Positions 30,840 to 40,701 of a DNA stretch of 64,000 nt are shown in pieces. The stretch lies in the IMG/VR virus record IMGVR_UViG_3300042975_000100, positions 32,001-96,000 of that record. One strand, given 5' to 3'. The notes beneath the pieces are model-generated. The model searched no databases and was not told the DNA's origin. It was given only the letters and a program-made list of their open reading frames with translations. The first letter of the stretch is position 1, and the number at the start of each line of letters is the position of its first letter. This stretch comes from a virus. Its lineage: Duplodnaviria > Caudoviricetes. The translations under genes and the position numbers were made by a program.

Positions 30840-32723
30840 ATGGCTTACGCTCAGACTAAAATCATTTGGGATGACCAATCTGATATCACTCCTATTAGTG
30901 AGACAGTTGAAGATTCCATTGATAGACCGGTCTTGTTCTTCGCCTTTGCTTCAGAAAAAGGTCCAGAAGAATATAAACCGCAGGTAAAAGGTGAAAACTT
31001 CTTCAAGCTTTATGGCTCGAAGCCAAGCTTCACTACTTACGGCCAGCCGTTGCTCGGTGCTGCTGCCTGCATCAATGCTGGCGGTCTTGCTGATTGCAAA
31101 CGTGTTGTCGCTGACGATGCTACGCTGGCAAATATTGCCGTTGTTGCAAAAGTCAAGAAAATTGCCCCGCAGGCTACCAACTCGAATGGTCAGGCTCTGT
31201 GGGAGGATGGACAGGGTGGGGTTACAACCGATCGTAACATTACTGGAAAACCGGCTCCGGTTCAGAAATGCCAGATCGAATACGAGCTTCGTGCTGTAAA
31301 CCTTGCAGGTAACTCTGTTAAGGCTATGGCAAAGGCTTTCCTTGGTGATGCTACTACCACTCATACTCTTGGTGCTGATGAAGAGTATCCGCTGTTCTTC
31401 TTGGCCGATAATGGCCGTGGACTCTCTGCAAAGAGATTCAAGATTGTATCCGATAGCTCCCAGACTCGTCCGATGGACTACGTGAAGTACATCATGACTA
31501 TTTCTGAGAATGGTACTGATCTTGAGCATTATGCATTCACGATCAATCCGGATATCATCGAGAGCGGCAAGAACCTGTCATTGCAGAGCACGATTCGTCA
31601 GTATGCAATGCAGATTCGTGGCGAAATCTTTGAAGATCAGATTGATGCATTCATTGAGAACGTTGCTTACATCGCCGGTATCCCGTATGAAACGTTCAAG
31701 TATTCAGATGCTCTGTTTGGCTCTGACCTGTATGGTAAAGCTTATGACACCATCGTCATGGCTGGTTCTGTTCAGCTCGATACGTCGGCTGGTATTGCTC
31801 TTGTAAATGGTAGCAATGGCGATTTCGCTAATGCTCCGTTGAGTGCTCTTACTTATAGCTCTCAGCTTCTGAAGGCTTTCAACGGCACTGATGGTGATGA
31901 GATCTATGATACGGATAACTTCCGTATTGATGCTGTCTTCGACTGCAACTATCCGGCTCCTGTAAAGAGAGCTATTGAGGATCTGGCTGCATTCCGCCAG
32001 GACTTCATGTACTTCCGTGATATGGGTACGGGTCTGGAATCAATCGATGAGATCAAATTCGCTAATATGGATAATCTCAAATCGAAGTTCTGCTCGACTT
32101 ATCATAACTCTTGGGATATCATTGATCCGTATACTCGCAAAGAGATTACGGTTACTGCTACGTACTCCCTTATCGAGAAATTCGTAAAGCATTTCTTGAA
32201 TGGTGTATCTCGTCCGTTCTGCGGCCAGCAGTATGGTGTAACCTGGACGAAAGATGATGTCATTGAAGGCACCGTAAACTTCAACCCGAAGAATACGCCA
32301 GCAATGGATCAGAAGCAGTGGTTCGATGATAATCGTATCAACTATGTAAGCTATTACAATGGCTTGCTCTCCATGGAATCTCAGTACACTTCTCAGGAGC
32401 GTTATACGCAGCTGAGCTGGTTGAGCAATGTACTTAACGTACAGAGCATCATCCGCGAAATTCGTGTACAGTGCCCGAAGAATCGGTATAAATATATCGA
32501 TACAAAGGGTCTGGCTAACTACCAGAAGGATGTTCAGACGCTGCTCAATAAGCATTCGGCTGATTTCCAGGAGATCTCTCTGGTGTATGCTAAAGATTCG
32601 AATTATGAGAATAACAAGATCTACTACGCATACATCTACGTTCGCTTCAAGAACTTCGTTCAGAGCGAAATCTTCAGAATTACGGCGCTCAAGACGAATG
32701 ACAATACGTCGGCGTCGGTATAA
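30840..32723 (+). CDS. Contractile tail sheath protein
   Basis: 627 aa; SEKGPE, NAGG..KRVV.DDA.LAN, D.NY...VK and C-terminal RINY...SQ.T patterns; late promoter at 30770; followed by the tube gene. Confidence 0.85.
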   Translation: MAYAQTKIIWDDQSDITPISETVEDSIDRPVLFFAFASEKGPEEYKPQVKGENFFKLYGSKPSFTTYGQPLLGAAACINAGGLADCKRVVADDATLANIAVVAKVKKIAPQATNSNGQALWEDGQGGVTTDRNITGKPAPVQKCQIEYELRAVNLAGNSVKAMAKAFLGDATTTHTLGADEEYPLFFLADNGRGLSAKRFKIVSDSSQTRPMDYVKYIMTISENGTDLEHYAFTINPDIIESGKNLSLQSTIRQYAMQIRGEIFEDQIDAFIENVAYIAGIPYETFKYSDALFGSDLYGKAYDTIVMAGSVQLDTSAGIALVNGSNGDFANAPLSALTYSSQLLKAFNGTDGDEIYDTDNFRIDAVFDCNYPAPVKRAIEDLAAFRQDFMYFRDMGTGLESIDEIKFANMDNLKSKFCSTYHNSWDIIDPYTRKEITVTATYSLIEKFVKHFLNGVSRPFCGQQYGVTWTKDDVIEGTVNFNPKNTPAMDQKQWFDDNRINYVSYYNGLLSMESQYTSQERYTQLSWLSNVLNVQSIIREIRVQCPKNRYKYIDTKGLANYQKDVQTLLNKHSADFQEISLVYAKDSNYENNKIYYAYIYVRFKNFVQSEIFRITALKTNDNTSASV

Positions 32724-32741
32724 AGAAAGGGGGAGATTTAA

Positions 32742-33587
32742 ATGGCTGATATTACAGTAGACAACATTTTTGCGAATCAGGTATCACTGCCTGACTTTAC
32801 GAAATATACGCTCGGTCGTGGCGTAACGGATTATACGCAGCTCGCACAGTTCGATATGTACGAGAAAGGTTATCCGTTCATGATAGTTCTCAAGATTCCG
32901 AAGTTTATTGAAAAGCTGGCTACGGCTAACACCGAGTATGCTAAGCTGATCAATGACTACGTTCATGTTCTTGAATATGACTTCCGTGGTCTTGAGGGCC
33001 TGGAGAACATGACTGCTGATACCACCGAGATTACCAATGGTAATACGAAGTTGGATATCATCACGAAGGTTAACTGGGAATCGGCATCTAAGTTCAGCAT
33101 GAAGTATCAGGAGCGCAAAGGCTCTCTGTTCGCTCGTATGCATGAGCTGTACCTCCGTGGTATTAAAGATCCGAAAACGCAGGTTAAACGCTACAACGGT
33201 CTTCTGAAGACTGATGGTTCGTCTATCCTGGATGCTGGTTATGAGAACGAGGTATTCGAATTCCTGTACTTCGTAACTGATAACACGGCTCGTTCTATCG
33301 AGAAAGCATTCCTGCTTACGTCTTGCCAGCTTACTGAGTGTAGCTTTGATCAGTACAATCAGGAGAAGGGTCAGATTGAGTGGCAGGATGTCAACCTCCA
33401 GTTCAATGGCTACTCTATCACGAATCCGTTGGTTACGCAGAAGGCTCAGACCTTCCTTAACTGGATGAATGAAGAGAATCGTGTCATCTTCGAAGAGACT
33501 AAGTTCGCTTATGATTCTCTTACGGATATGCCGAGTGTCGATGAGCTGCCTGGTCCTCAGGTTGCTATGAAGGCAATCACGTACTAA
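32742..33587 (+). CDS. Tail tube protein
   Basis: Directly downstream of the sheath; typical size; YQERKGS...GIKDP pattern. Confidence 0.75.
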   Translation: MADITVDNIFANQVSLPDFTKYTLGRGVTDYTQLAQFDMYEKGYPFMIVLKIPKFIEKLATANTEYAKLINDYVHVLEYDFRGLEGLENMTADTTEITNGNTKLDIITKVNWESASKFSMKYQERKGSLFARMHELYLRGIKDPKTQVKRYNGLLKTDGSSILDAGYENEVFEFLYFVTDNTARSIEKAFLLTSCQLTECSFDQYNQEKGQIEWQDVNLQFNGYSITNPLVTQKAQTFLNWMNEENRVIFEETKFAYDSLTDMPSVDELPGPQVAMKAITY

Positions 33588-33638
33588 CGTGCAAAGAATA
33601 CCCCTGTACTCGTAATGAGTACAGGGATATTTTGTGTC

Positions 33639-35954
33639 TTATTGTTCTTGCTTTTCGTCTTCCTTCTCTTTGACAACCTCCATTTGCACCTCATCAATGA
33701 GTGCCTGCATGTCATCTGCCGGGAAGAACAAACTAGTGTATTTCTTTTTAAGCTCTGCAACAAGTTTAGGTTTGATAAGATCAGCATCCTTAGCATTATC
33801 ACTAACGTACATATTCGTTATTGCTTCTGATATATCATTAGCGCTTGTAAGAATCTGAGTAGTATTCATTGTCATAAGGTAAGTCGGTACATTAGGAACG
33901 TACTCGATTTCCTCATTACTGTCAAACTCTGCATTGTAAATACGAGTAAGAATAGTGCTGAACATCTTCTTTACTAATGCCTGCAGATTATAGATAGTCT
34001 GCAAGAATCTCGTATTCGTCATTGTAAGTCTAGTTGCATAATCGGTAGCCTGATGAGCCTGAATATAATCATATGGAACACCAGTAGATTGAACTGCCAT
34101 TTCCTCAAGAGCATTCATGAGATCTGTCTTGACCTCTACATTCTGCCCAGGAATGGTTTCTACATCTATTGGGGCGTCTCCAGATGGGGATTTAGGAATG
34201 AGTAGATCATTGAACCTACCAAGCATACCAAGAACGTTATTCATCGATTCAATCTGTCTAACGCCAAAGTTAGAACGCTGAATCTGATTGATAGCATTCA
34301 TCAATGTATCTGAGATATTTGTATCTACCATCTGCTTTACATAGTAAACACGCTTATCGTTTCCTCTTGTAAGGATAGAGATTACATTGGAGATGTACAA
34401 GCAGCTATAGAGCTTAGCTGGGAACAAAGCCTTACGAAGAGATGAAATACCACGATGCGTTTCATCATCCTGCTCAAAGAAGCAATGAACCATATCATCT
34501 GGAGGGATGAATGTAATACGCATCTTAGAGATACGTCCTTCTGCATTCATAGTAGAGTTATACTTCAAGATAGCATAGATCTCTTTAGTCAAATCCTGAT
34601 TGGCATTGACGAAAGTCTTATCGATCTTACGTGAAATAGCCATAGCAAGATTCTTAAGCAATCTGGTTTCCTGAGTATCCTGATAGAATGGATCTCTGTT
34701 CTTATCCTTGTATGCGCCACCTGGACGGATACCTCCGATGGTATTAGAGAAAGTAGTCTTCTCAAGATCGAACTTTCTATCGCATTCGATATAGAAATAC
34801 CCAATGCAGATATCATCGATATACAACGGTTTAACCATTGTATGATCAAGAATCTTTACAACACACCCAGGAACCTTGAGTTGCAGTTCTTTGTCATCTC
34901 CATAGCCAGGAGTTTTAAGACCATCCTGCGTTAAGCCATCAAGTTTATAGAAGTTTTCAGAACCCTTCTTGATACTATCATCGATAGAGATATTCTTGGT
35001 AACGTCAGCCTTCTTGCCTTCATTATCTTTCTCAGTCTTGAGAGCTGTTTCGTTGATAGCAAGATTTGCAGCTTCATTAAGAATGCTATTAGCTTTCTTA
35101 TATCCTACCAAAGCAGACTTGATGACACAGCTTTTATCCATCTCTACGATGAAGTTACTCTTACTTGGTTCTACGTTATCAGTGAAGAATCCTTCGTCAA
35201 CCGCATGTACCTCTGTATCTCCACTGGTAGGGTCCATTCCGATCGTAAACGCTTCATTGACTGGTCCTGGATCGCTTACTGAAGCCTCACCTAGGAATCC
35301 AGAAGTAGGACCTAACCCAAATCTTTCATTATCCGACAGTAATCTTTTGATTGCTTTACGGTATGGAACTACATATACAAAGCACTCTCCGAGTTTATCA
35401 GTTTGACGATATACTTTATCGAGAATCAGATCGAGTTTATACTTCTCTTTCATATCTTTGATATTGTTTGCCACACCGATATCTTTTCCAGCAGCAGACT
35501 TAGATCTGATATGAAGTGTCGTGCTTGTAAAGTTATCAGAGCATAATACATGCTCACGACGAGTTGTCAAAGCATCTTCCAGCTTTGGCATATATTTCAG
35601 AATCATTTCGATTTCACGGTCAATGTCTCTTAACCATGAATTCTGGGTATACGTTTGCATTATAGAACTCATGATAGATTCATTCTCTAATGACGCATTG
35701 ATACCTTGTACAACATCCTCATCATTCTGCATGCTGCCAAGTTTAGTTTTCGTCAAAAGAGCAGAAATGTTGGTAGTACCAACATTGCTAATATTATTAC
35801 CTATCAGATTATCTATGCTACGGTGTGCTCTTGTTCTCATGTAGGACAGAGTCTTGCTAACACCAGGATCTGTGTAGTATGTACTACTATACATATCACC
35901 CATGCCAGTGTCAATAGACTGCTTCAGTTTGTCCATATCTTTTTCACTTGCCAT
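33639..35954 (-). CDS. Portal protein (T4 gp20-like)
   Basis: GECFVY, R...KRVYYV, D..IP....G..IDVETIPG and GVP motifs; late promoter at 35979-35990. Confidence 0.8.
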   Translation of the reverse strand: MASEKDMDKLKQSIDTGMGDMYSSTYYTDPGVSKTLSYMRTRAHRSIDNLIGNNISNVGTTNISALLTKTKLGSMQNDEDVVQGINASLENESIMSSIMQTYTQNSWLRDIDREIEMILKYMPKLEDALTTRREHVLCSDNFTSTTLHIRSKSAAGKDIGVANNIKDMKEKYKLDLILDKVYRQTDKLGECFVYVVPYRKAIKRLLSDNERFGLGPTSGFLGEASVSDPGPVNEAFTIGMDPTSGDTEVHAVDEGFFTDNVEPSKSNFIVEMDKSCVIKSALVGYKKANSILNEAANLAINETALKTEKDNEGKKADVTKNISIDDSIKKGSENFYKLDGLTQDGLKTPGYGDDKELQLKVPGCVVKILDHTMVKPLYIDDICIGYFYIECDRKFDLEKTTFSNTIGGIRPGGAYKDKNRDPFYQDTQETRLLKNLAMAISRKIDKTFVNANQDLTKEIYAILKYNSTMNAEGRISKMRITFIPPDDMVHCFFEQDDETHRGISSLRKALFPAKLYSCLYISNVISILTRGNDKRVYYVKQMVDTNISDTLMNAINQIQRSNFGVRQIESMNNVLGMLGRFNDLLIPKSPSGDAPIDVETIPGQNVEVKTDLMNALEEMAVQSTGVPYDYIQAHQATDYATRLTMTNTRFLQTIYNLQALVKKMFSTILTRIYNAEFDSNEEIEYVPNVPTYLMTMNTTQILTSANDISEAITNMYVSDNAKDADLIKPKLVAELKKKYTSLFFPADDMQALIDEVQMEVVKEKEDEKQEQ

Positions 35955-36080
35955 TGCTAATCCTCCCTTGAATAAGTTTATTAAGATGTTCAAGTAGCAT
36001 AAATTGACAAAAAAGAAAGAGGGTTTAGCGGATATAATATCTCGTACCTCTATCTTACCTTGTAAGCAGATGATAAAAAT

Positions 36081-36230
36081 TTACTTGGCTAAGCCAGCGT
36101 AAACATTATCGTAATATGCATTAGCATATTTCTGCATCTCTAGCAAGCGGGTTAGCGGATCGCTAAAGATGGTACTAAAATATGCATCGTTCTTTTGAAC
36201 AAACATATTAAAGTAGTCAGTTCTACTCAC
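36081..36230 (-). CDS. 49-aa minigene (MSRTDYFNMF...YAGLAK), absent from the ORF track
   Basis: GTG start 6 nt after gaggtg; open to TAA; T-rich terminator near 36005-36025. Confidence 0.65.
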   Translation of the reverse strand: MSRTDYFNMFVQKNDAYFSTIFSDPLTRLLEMQKYANAYYDNVYAGLAK

Positions 36231-36346
36231 AATTGTCACCTCTCTTCTTCAGAGTTGTGGCAGCAGATATCCCTCTACCATGCTACGGTAGAGGGGTTTT
36301 CTGTGTCGCACATCCGTTATTCACAGTTATTATATATAACTGAAAT
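36228..36346 (-). repeat. Conserved promoter-hairpin-RBS leader, copy 2
   Basis: Closely similar to 14098-14217. Confidence 0.85.
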
Positions 36347-36357
36347 AGCAGACTATA

Positions 36358-37098
36358 TCATCTCTGAAGAATCTTTACGATTGTGGTGACCTTGACATTT
36401 TTCTTTGGTTTGGCTACAGTATAGGAAGCATATGTATCTCTACCATACTCGGTATCCGCATACTTAATTCCTATAGAGCATGAATCACCCTTATTCATAT
36501 TTACCAATCCAGACCATACTGGAACGATATTATGACCAATAGGGATAAATCTAAGCCCTTGCTCTGCCTTTGCATTAACCGCATTCATAAAGTCTTCTCT
36601 TGTAGATACATCTTCTGAATAAGCAACTGCTACCTTATTGGTATTGGTCAATATCATAGCAGCTACCCGGCCAAAGTTAGTATCATTAAGTGCAATAGGT
36701 ATATTAGCCTTAAGAGCATTAGAAGCACTTACTACACTTAATCCTGTAGAGAATGCACCATAATCGTTTTCAAAGTTAATGAGAGTGAATCTATCAGATT
36801 CCTCTGTAGCTTCTTTGACTACTGCATGTAGATCATTGATACTGATAGCGAACATCACTCCTTGCTCTGGAGTGTTTCTCAGTATCGAAGTTCCATCTGA
36901 AATATTTGATGCATACTTGATAACTGAAAGGTTAAGATTGGACATACCCATTCCGAGCATGTCAATCTCTCCTGTTACAGCATCAGGCCAAACAAATACC
37001 AGATCCTCCTTACCAGTTTTCACCAATTTAGATCTTTCATCTAAGTTTCGTATGAAAGCAGTGTCTACGTATCTGTATGAGTTAGGTCTTGCAATCAT
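36358..37098 (-). CDS. Hypothetical protein coupled to the DNA polymerase gene (candidate accessory factor)
   Basis: ATGA overlap with the PolB N-terminal half; 246 aa. Confidence 0.6.
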   Translation of the reverse strand: MIARPNSYRYVDTAFIRNLDERSKLVKTGKEDLVFVWPDAVTGEIDMLGMGMSNLNLSVIKYASNISDGTSILRNTPEQGVMFAISINDLHAVVKEATEESDRFTLINFENDYGAFSTGLSVVSASNALKANIPIALNDTNFGRVAAMILTNTNKVAVAYSEDVSTREDFMNAVNAKAEQGLRFIPIGHNIVPVWSGLVNMNKGDSCSIGIKYADTEYGRDTYASYTVAKPKKNVKVTTIVKILQR

Positions 37099-39041
37099 TT
37101 GTTCATTACCTCTTTGATAATTCTTTTATATTCACTTTCTACGTCTTTAGGCATCTGCTGATAGATGCTGATTACTTCCTTCTTGAAGTTAGGATCTACA
37201 AGGCGCAGCGGAGTGAACTTCTCGTTATTGTGCCAGAAGCGTAATACTTCTTTCTTACCACGAGCCATTCCTTCTCGCAAACCATGAGCAGAGTTATGAG
37301 TTTCAAAGTATTCATGCACATCATTCATCATTTCTTCGAATGAAGCTAGATGGAACCAGCGATGTCCAAAGCTAATATAATCACATGCACAATAGTCTTC
37401 GAAGAATGCAGTGGTTCTAAAGAACTTCGGATTGTTGCTGAGATTTTCCTTATCATGAATCTTCTTATCGATAAACATACGTCCGATCTGCCCATTGGTG
37501 CATATATTGAACTCCTGCATAATAGATGGATACAGACGTTTGTAATCGAAGTCATTTGCATTCTTTACAAGCATAATCGGCTTGCCATTAACTTTAACCT
37601 TAGGTTTATCCGTTACCTGAGTCAAAGCTGCTACGAATGCACCCGGGAACTTCTCATTCGGCTTTTCTTTGAACTTGTTGCAGTTATTGCCCATAACAAG
37701 ATCATTCTCTGCAAGCATGAACTTAGAAGCTCTATTCGCAAGATACATTGTCTGACGATGAACTTTCGGATACATCGTATCATTTACAATGGCCTTATTG
37801 AAGACATAGTTGATATCTCCGGTTTTCTCTTCGATACACTTCTGAACCATGACATCCATCATATTGTATTTGATGAACGTTACGAAATCCAAATACGGAA
37901 AATCAACGATATCATTGGTAATATCATGATAGTCTAACTTTCTAGCTCCAGCTACTACTCCACCGATATAGTCCAATCCAAATGTAGCGAATGCTGACTG
38001 TCCTTTACGTCTAGATGCGAACTCGATCATCTGATCAAGATACACGCTATAAGAACTGATGTCTGCATAATCACCACGCTGAGCAAACTCTGCTTCATGA
38101 TCCTTATCAATCTTATAGTAACAATGCTTCTCTTCAAAATCTGGATGGCAAATAATATCAGCTGGATCGTATCCTAAGTTAATGAGTCTTTGAATCAGAT
38201 ATGGAATATCGAATGCCATGTTCCATGCTAAAACAAAGTCTGGCTGCAAATGATTGATGATATTGAACATACTTACCAGCATCGTAAGTTCATCATCAAA
38301 TACAACGACCTTCACTTTGATATCCTTAAGATGCATGCGGTATGCTTTCTTCCAACCACCTACATTATTAAACAGAAACTCTTTGAATTCCTGCTCCATA
38401 TTATGGCTAGCGATATACTCTTCAAACTTTGCCACCTGAGGATTATTTGAATCCCTGAATGTAAATGTATACAGAGTATTATCTACTTCATTAAACATCG
38501 AGATTGCATTTACAGGGCACTCTCCGGGCTGTGGAAAATCCCCTACCATATATCTACCATCAACCTCGATATCGAGATATGCTTTTGTAACGGGAACCGT
38601 TGGATTCTGATACTGCTCATCAAACAACTTACGATAGTAGTTGTTGATATTCATATCTGAACTCATAAGAGATGGATGCGTATGAAGAATCTGATTAGCC
38701 CTTCTATTACCACTTCTGATATTATCATAGAAGAACTCTTTCATATTCAACTCTTCTGCAATGCTCTTTTCCAAATCATGGAACGGAACTGTTATAGGAT
38801 CGCACTTCGAGCGTTCTATGAACACCTGTGGATAATCCTTCACGAATTCAGGCTTAATTTTGTAATAGGTATACTTTGGCTCTTTGATGACCTCTATACC
38901 TTTCTTTCCAGTTTCATTGTCCTTATACACTATCGTCATCGTATCTGGGTGAAGATTACCTTCCTCATCCTTACGTGGATAGTGATACATATTGTTCATA
39001 ATAGTGATATTACTGTCCTTATTATAACCTTTGATTAACAT
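37095..39041 (-). CDS. Family B DNA polymerase, N-terminal half (3'-5' exonuclease plus motif A)
   Basis: ExoI LDIEV, ExoII WNMAFDIPYL, ExoIII YNMMD, motif A DFDYKRLYPS; no motif B or C. Confidence 0.9.
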   Translation of the reverse strand: MLIKGYNKDSNITIMNNMYHYPRKDEEGNLHPDTMTIVYKDNETGKKGIEVIKEPKYTYYKIKPEFVKDYPQVFIERSKCDPITVPFHDLEKSIAEELNMKEFFYDNIRSGNRRANQILHTHPSLMSSDMNINNYYRKLFDEQYQNPTVPVTKAYLDIEVDGRYMVGDFPQPGECPVNAISMFNEVDNTLYTFTFRDSNNPQVAKFEEYIASHNMEQEFKEFLFNNVGGWKKAYRMHLKDIKVKVVVFDDELTMLVSMFNIINHLQPDFVLAWNMAFDIPYLIQRLINLGYDPADIICHPDFEEKHCYYKIDKDHEAEFAQRGDYADISSYSVYLDQMIEFASRRKGQSAFATFGLDYIGGVVAGARKLDYHDITNDIVDFPYLDFVTFIKYNMMDVMVQKCIEEKTGDINYVFNKAIVNDTMYPKVHRQTMYLANRASKFMLAENDLVMGNNCNKFKEKPNEKFPGAFVAALTQVTDKPKVKVNGKPIMLVKNANDFDYKRLYPSIMQEFNICTNGQIGRMFIDKKIHDKENLSNNPKFFRTTAFFEDYCACDYISFGHRWFHLASFEEMMNDVHEYFETHNSAHGLREGMARGKKEVLRFWHNNEKFTPLRLVDPNFKKEVISIYQQMPKDVESEYKRIIKEVMNK

Positions 39042-39245
39042 AAGTATTCCCTCCTAATCGGCTTGTTTCGGCTTTATCTAGATGTATCAGCATCGATATT
39101 TTTCTAGTTGTCGCGAAAAAAGAAAGGGGATGAACCCTTTCTTTGTGAAGCCGTAGCGGTTTCTTAGTTTGTGTTTGAAAGATCTGAGCCGTCAATTCCA
39201 AACCTTCTTAGAATGACTTTATCATTACCCAGCCTTATTCCTCCA

Positions 39246-39596
39246 TTAGTCAATATTAGAAACCATGTGTAATGCTTTTTTGAGATCTTCCCAGAAGATC
39301 TTTTCAGTCTGAGAATTGCTTCCAATCACTAAACCTGGAAGTAAAATCGGATCGTGATAGAATGAGCTATAATTCGAATCATTTCTTCTAGATATCTTAT
39401 ATAGAATCTCAAATAAGTTAGGTGAAATATGGTAATTGAACATTTCTACATGCACTGTATTGATCTTCTTAGAATCAATGCATCTTTCTACCCATATATC
39501 ACCGGAATACGTAGACTTTGAAATACGGATAAGATCCGATCTGACCTTAATTTCTCCAATACGACCATCGCAATCAACAAAATCTTTCTCGTTCAT
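39246..39596 (-). CDS. Hypothetical early protein
   Basis: RBS aaggag; early promoter at 39636. Confidence 0.6.
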   Translation of the reverse strand: MNEKDFVDCDGRIGEIKVRSDLIRISKSTYSGDIWVERCIDSKKINTVHVEMFNYHISPNLFEILYKISRRNDSNYSSFYHDPILLPGLVIGSNSQTEKIFWEDLKKALHMVSNID

Positions 39597-39710
39597 AATA
39601 TCTTCTCCTTTATAATAATACTATACTACCACATCTATAATATATAATCGACTATGATATTTAAGCAACAAAATAGATCCCAGAAGGACTTAGCCTTCTG
39701 GGATATGAAT

Positions 39711-40058
39711 TTATATTTTGTTACGACCTTCTACATTACGTTTGGTTCTATCTGCTGTTCTAGCATCAAGAAATTTAATAGCGTTGTTAATAGAATTGAG
39801 AGCATCGCTATTATATGTACAAGCAAAGGGACTTTTCTGGAAATTCTCTAAGCGATATTTAACAATCTCTAAGAGATCCCTTTCAGATAACCCATTCTCT
39901 CCAACTTCTTTGATCGGACCCTGCTGAAAGTCTACATTGCCGATAGTCTGGTTCTCAGAACCCTTTACAACAAAGTGATGGTAGTTATTATATGCTTTAC
40001 TATCTTCATGCACAATGGTATGATTTCCGACGTTGTAATTCATTTTAATCTGTTCCAT
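39711..40058 (-). CDS. tad1: Tad1-family immune-signal sponge (anti-Thoeris/CBASS)
   Basis: YHH...FQQGPIKE.GENG....DLLEIV..RL..FQ.SPF.C..N..AL.......R..DR..RNVEG matches the recalled Tad1 consensus. Confidence 0.85.
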   Translation of the reverse strand: MEQIKMNYNVGNHTIVHEDSKAYNNYHHFVVKGSENQTIGNVDFQQGPIKEVGENGLSERDLLEIVKYRLENFQKSPFACTYNSDALNSINNAIKFLDARTADRTKRNVEGRNKI

Positions 40059-40082
40059 TTTGTTATTTCTCCTTTAATAGAT

Positions 40083-40604
40083 TTAGGGTTTCATAGTCCC
40101 TTTAACCTGTCTTACTTCTCTATCTTTATTGCGCTTCTCTATTGATTTCAAAGCACCCTTGATATAGATCATCGCTTCATCCGTTTCTTTACAACGAAGA
40201 TTAGTCTTCTGGAATGCTTGCATCCTCAAAAGCACAGCAGACAACAGTTCTTCATTGGTTACCCCATTAACCTTATCAGATCCATGCTGAAAATTTATAG
40301 TCTGGATAACCTCTCCAGACTTTGCATCACAGATAACGAACTGACCGTCTTTGTCAGTCTTTATAACAGCCGTTACATCATCAGAATGAATAGATCTAAG
40401 CTCATCTATCATATCATTCTTCAGCTCTTTGATTTCAGCTTCGATGTCTGTATAGGATATAAGCTTCTTGCAATCATCGCAGATCGTAAGAAGAAAATCA
40501 TGATTCATATTGTCTTTATCGGTTACTGTGAACAAGATATCAAACGTATGCTTGTGTTTACATTTGTTGCTGTGTCTAAGCATAGCTATAATCTTATCTA
40601 TCAT
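40083..40604 (-). CDS. Divergent Tad1-like protein with N-terminal Cys/His extension
   Basis: C-terminal INFQHG...NGVTNEELL.....R...FQ....C.E...A......R..DR..R.V.GT; N-terminal CKHKH...CDDC. Confidence 0.7.
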   Translation of the reverse strand: MIDKIIAMLRHSNKCKHKHTFDILFTVTDKDNMNHDFLLTICDDCKKLISYTDIEAEIKELKNDMIDELRSIHSDDVTAVIKTDKDGQFVICDAKSGEVIQTINFQHGSDKVNGVTNEELLSAVLLRMQAFQKTNLRCKETDEAMIYIKGALKSIEKRNKDREVRQVKGTMKP

Positions 40605-40701
40605 TTAGAGTCATCTCCTTTAAATTCTCTCATTCCTTATTTAAAGTGTTTTTTCTTCTGCCAAACACCTAAATAAATTACTATAGGGAGGTTAAGCAAT
40701 A

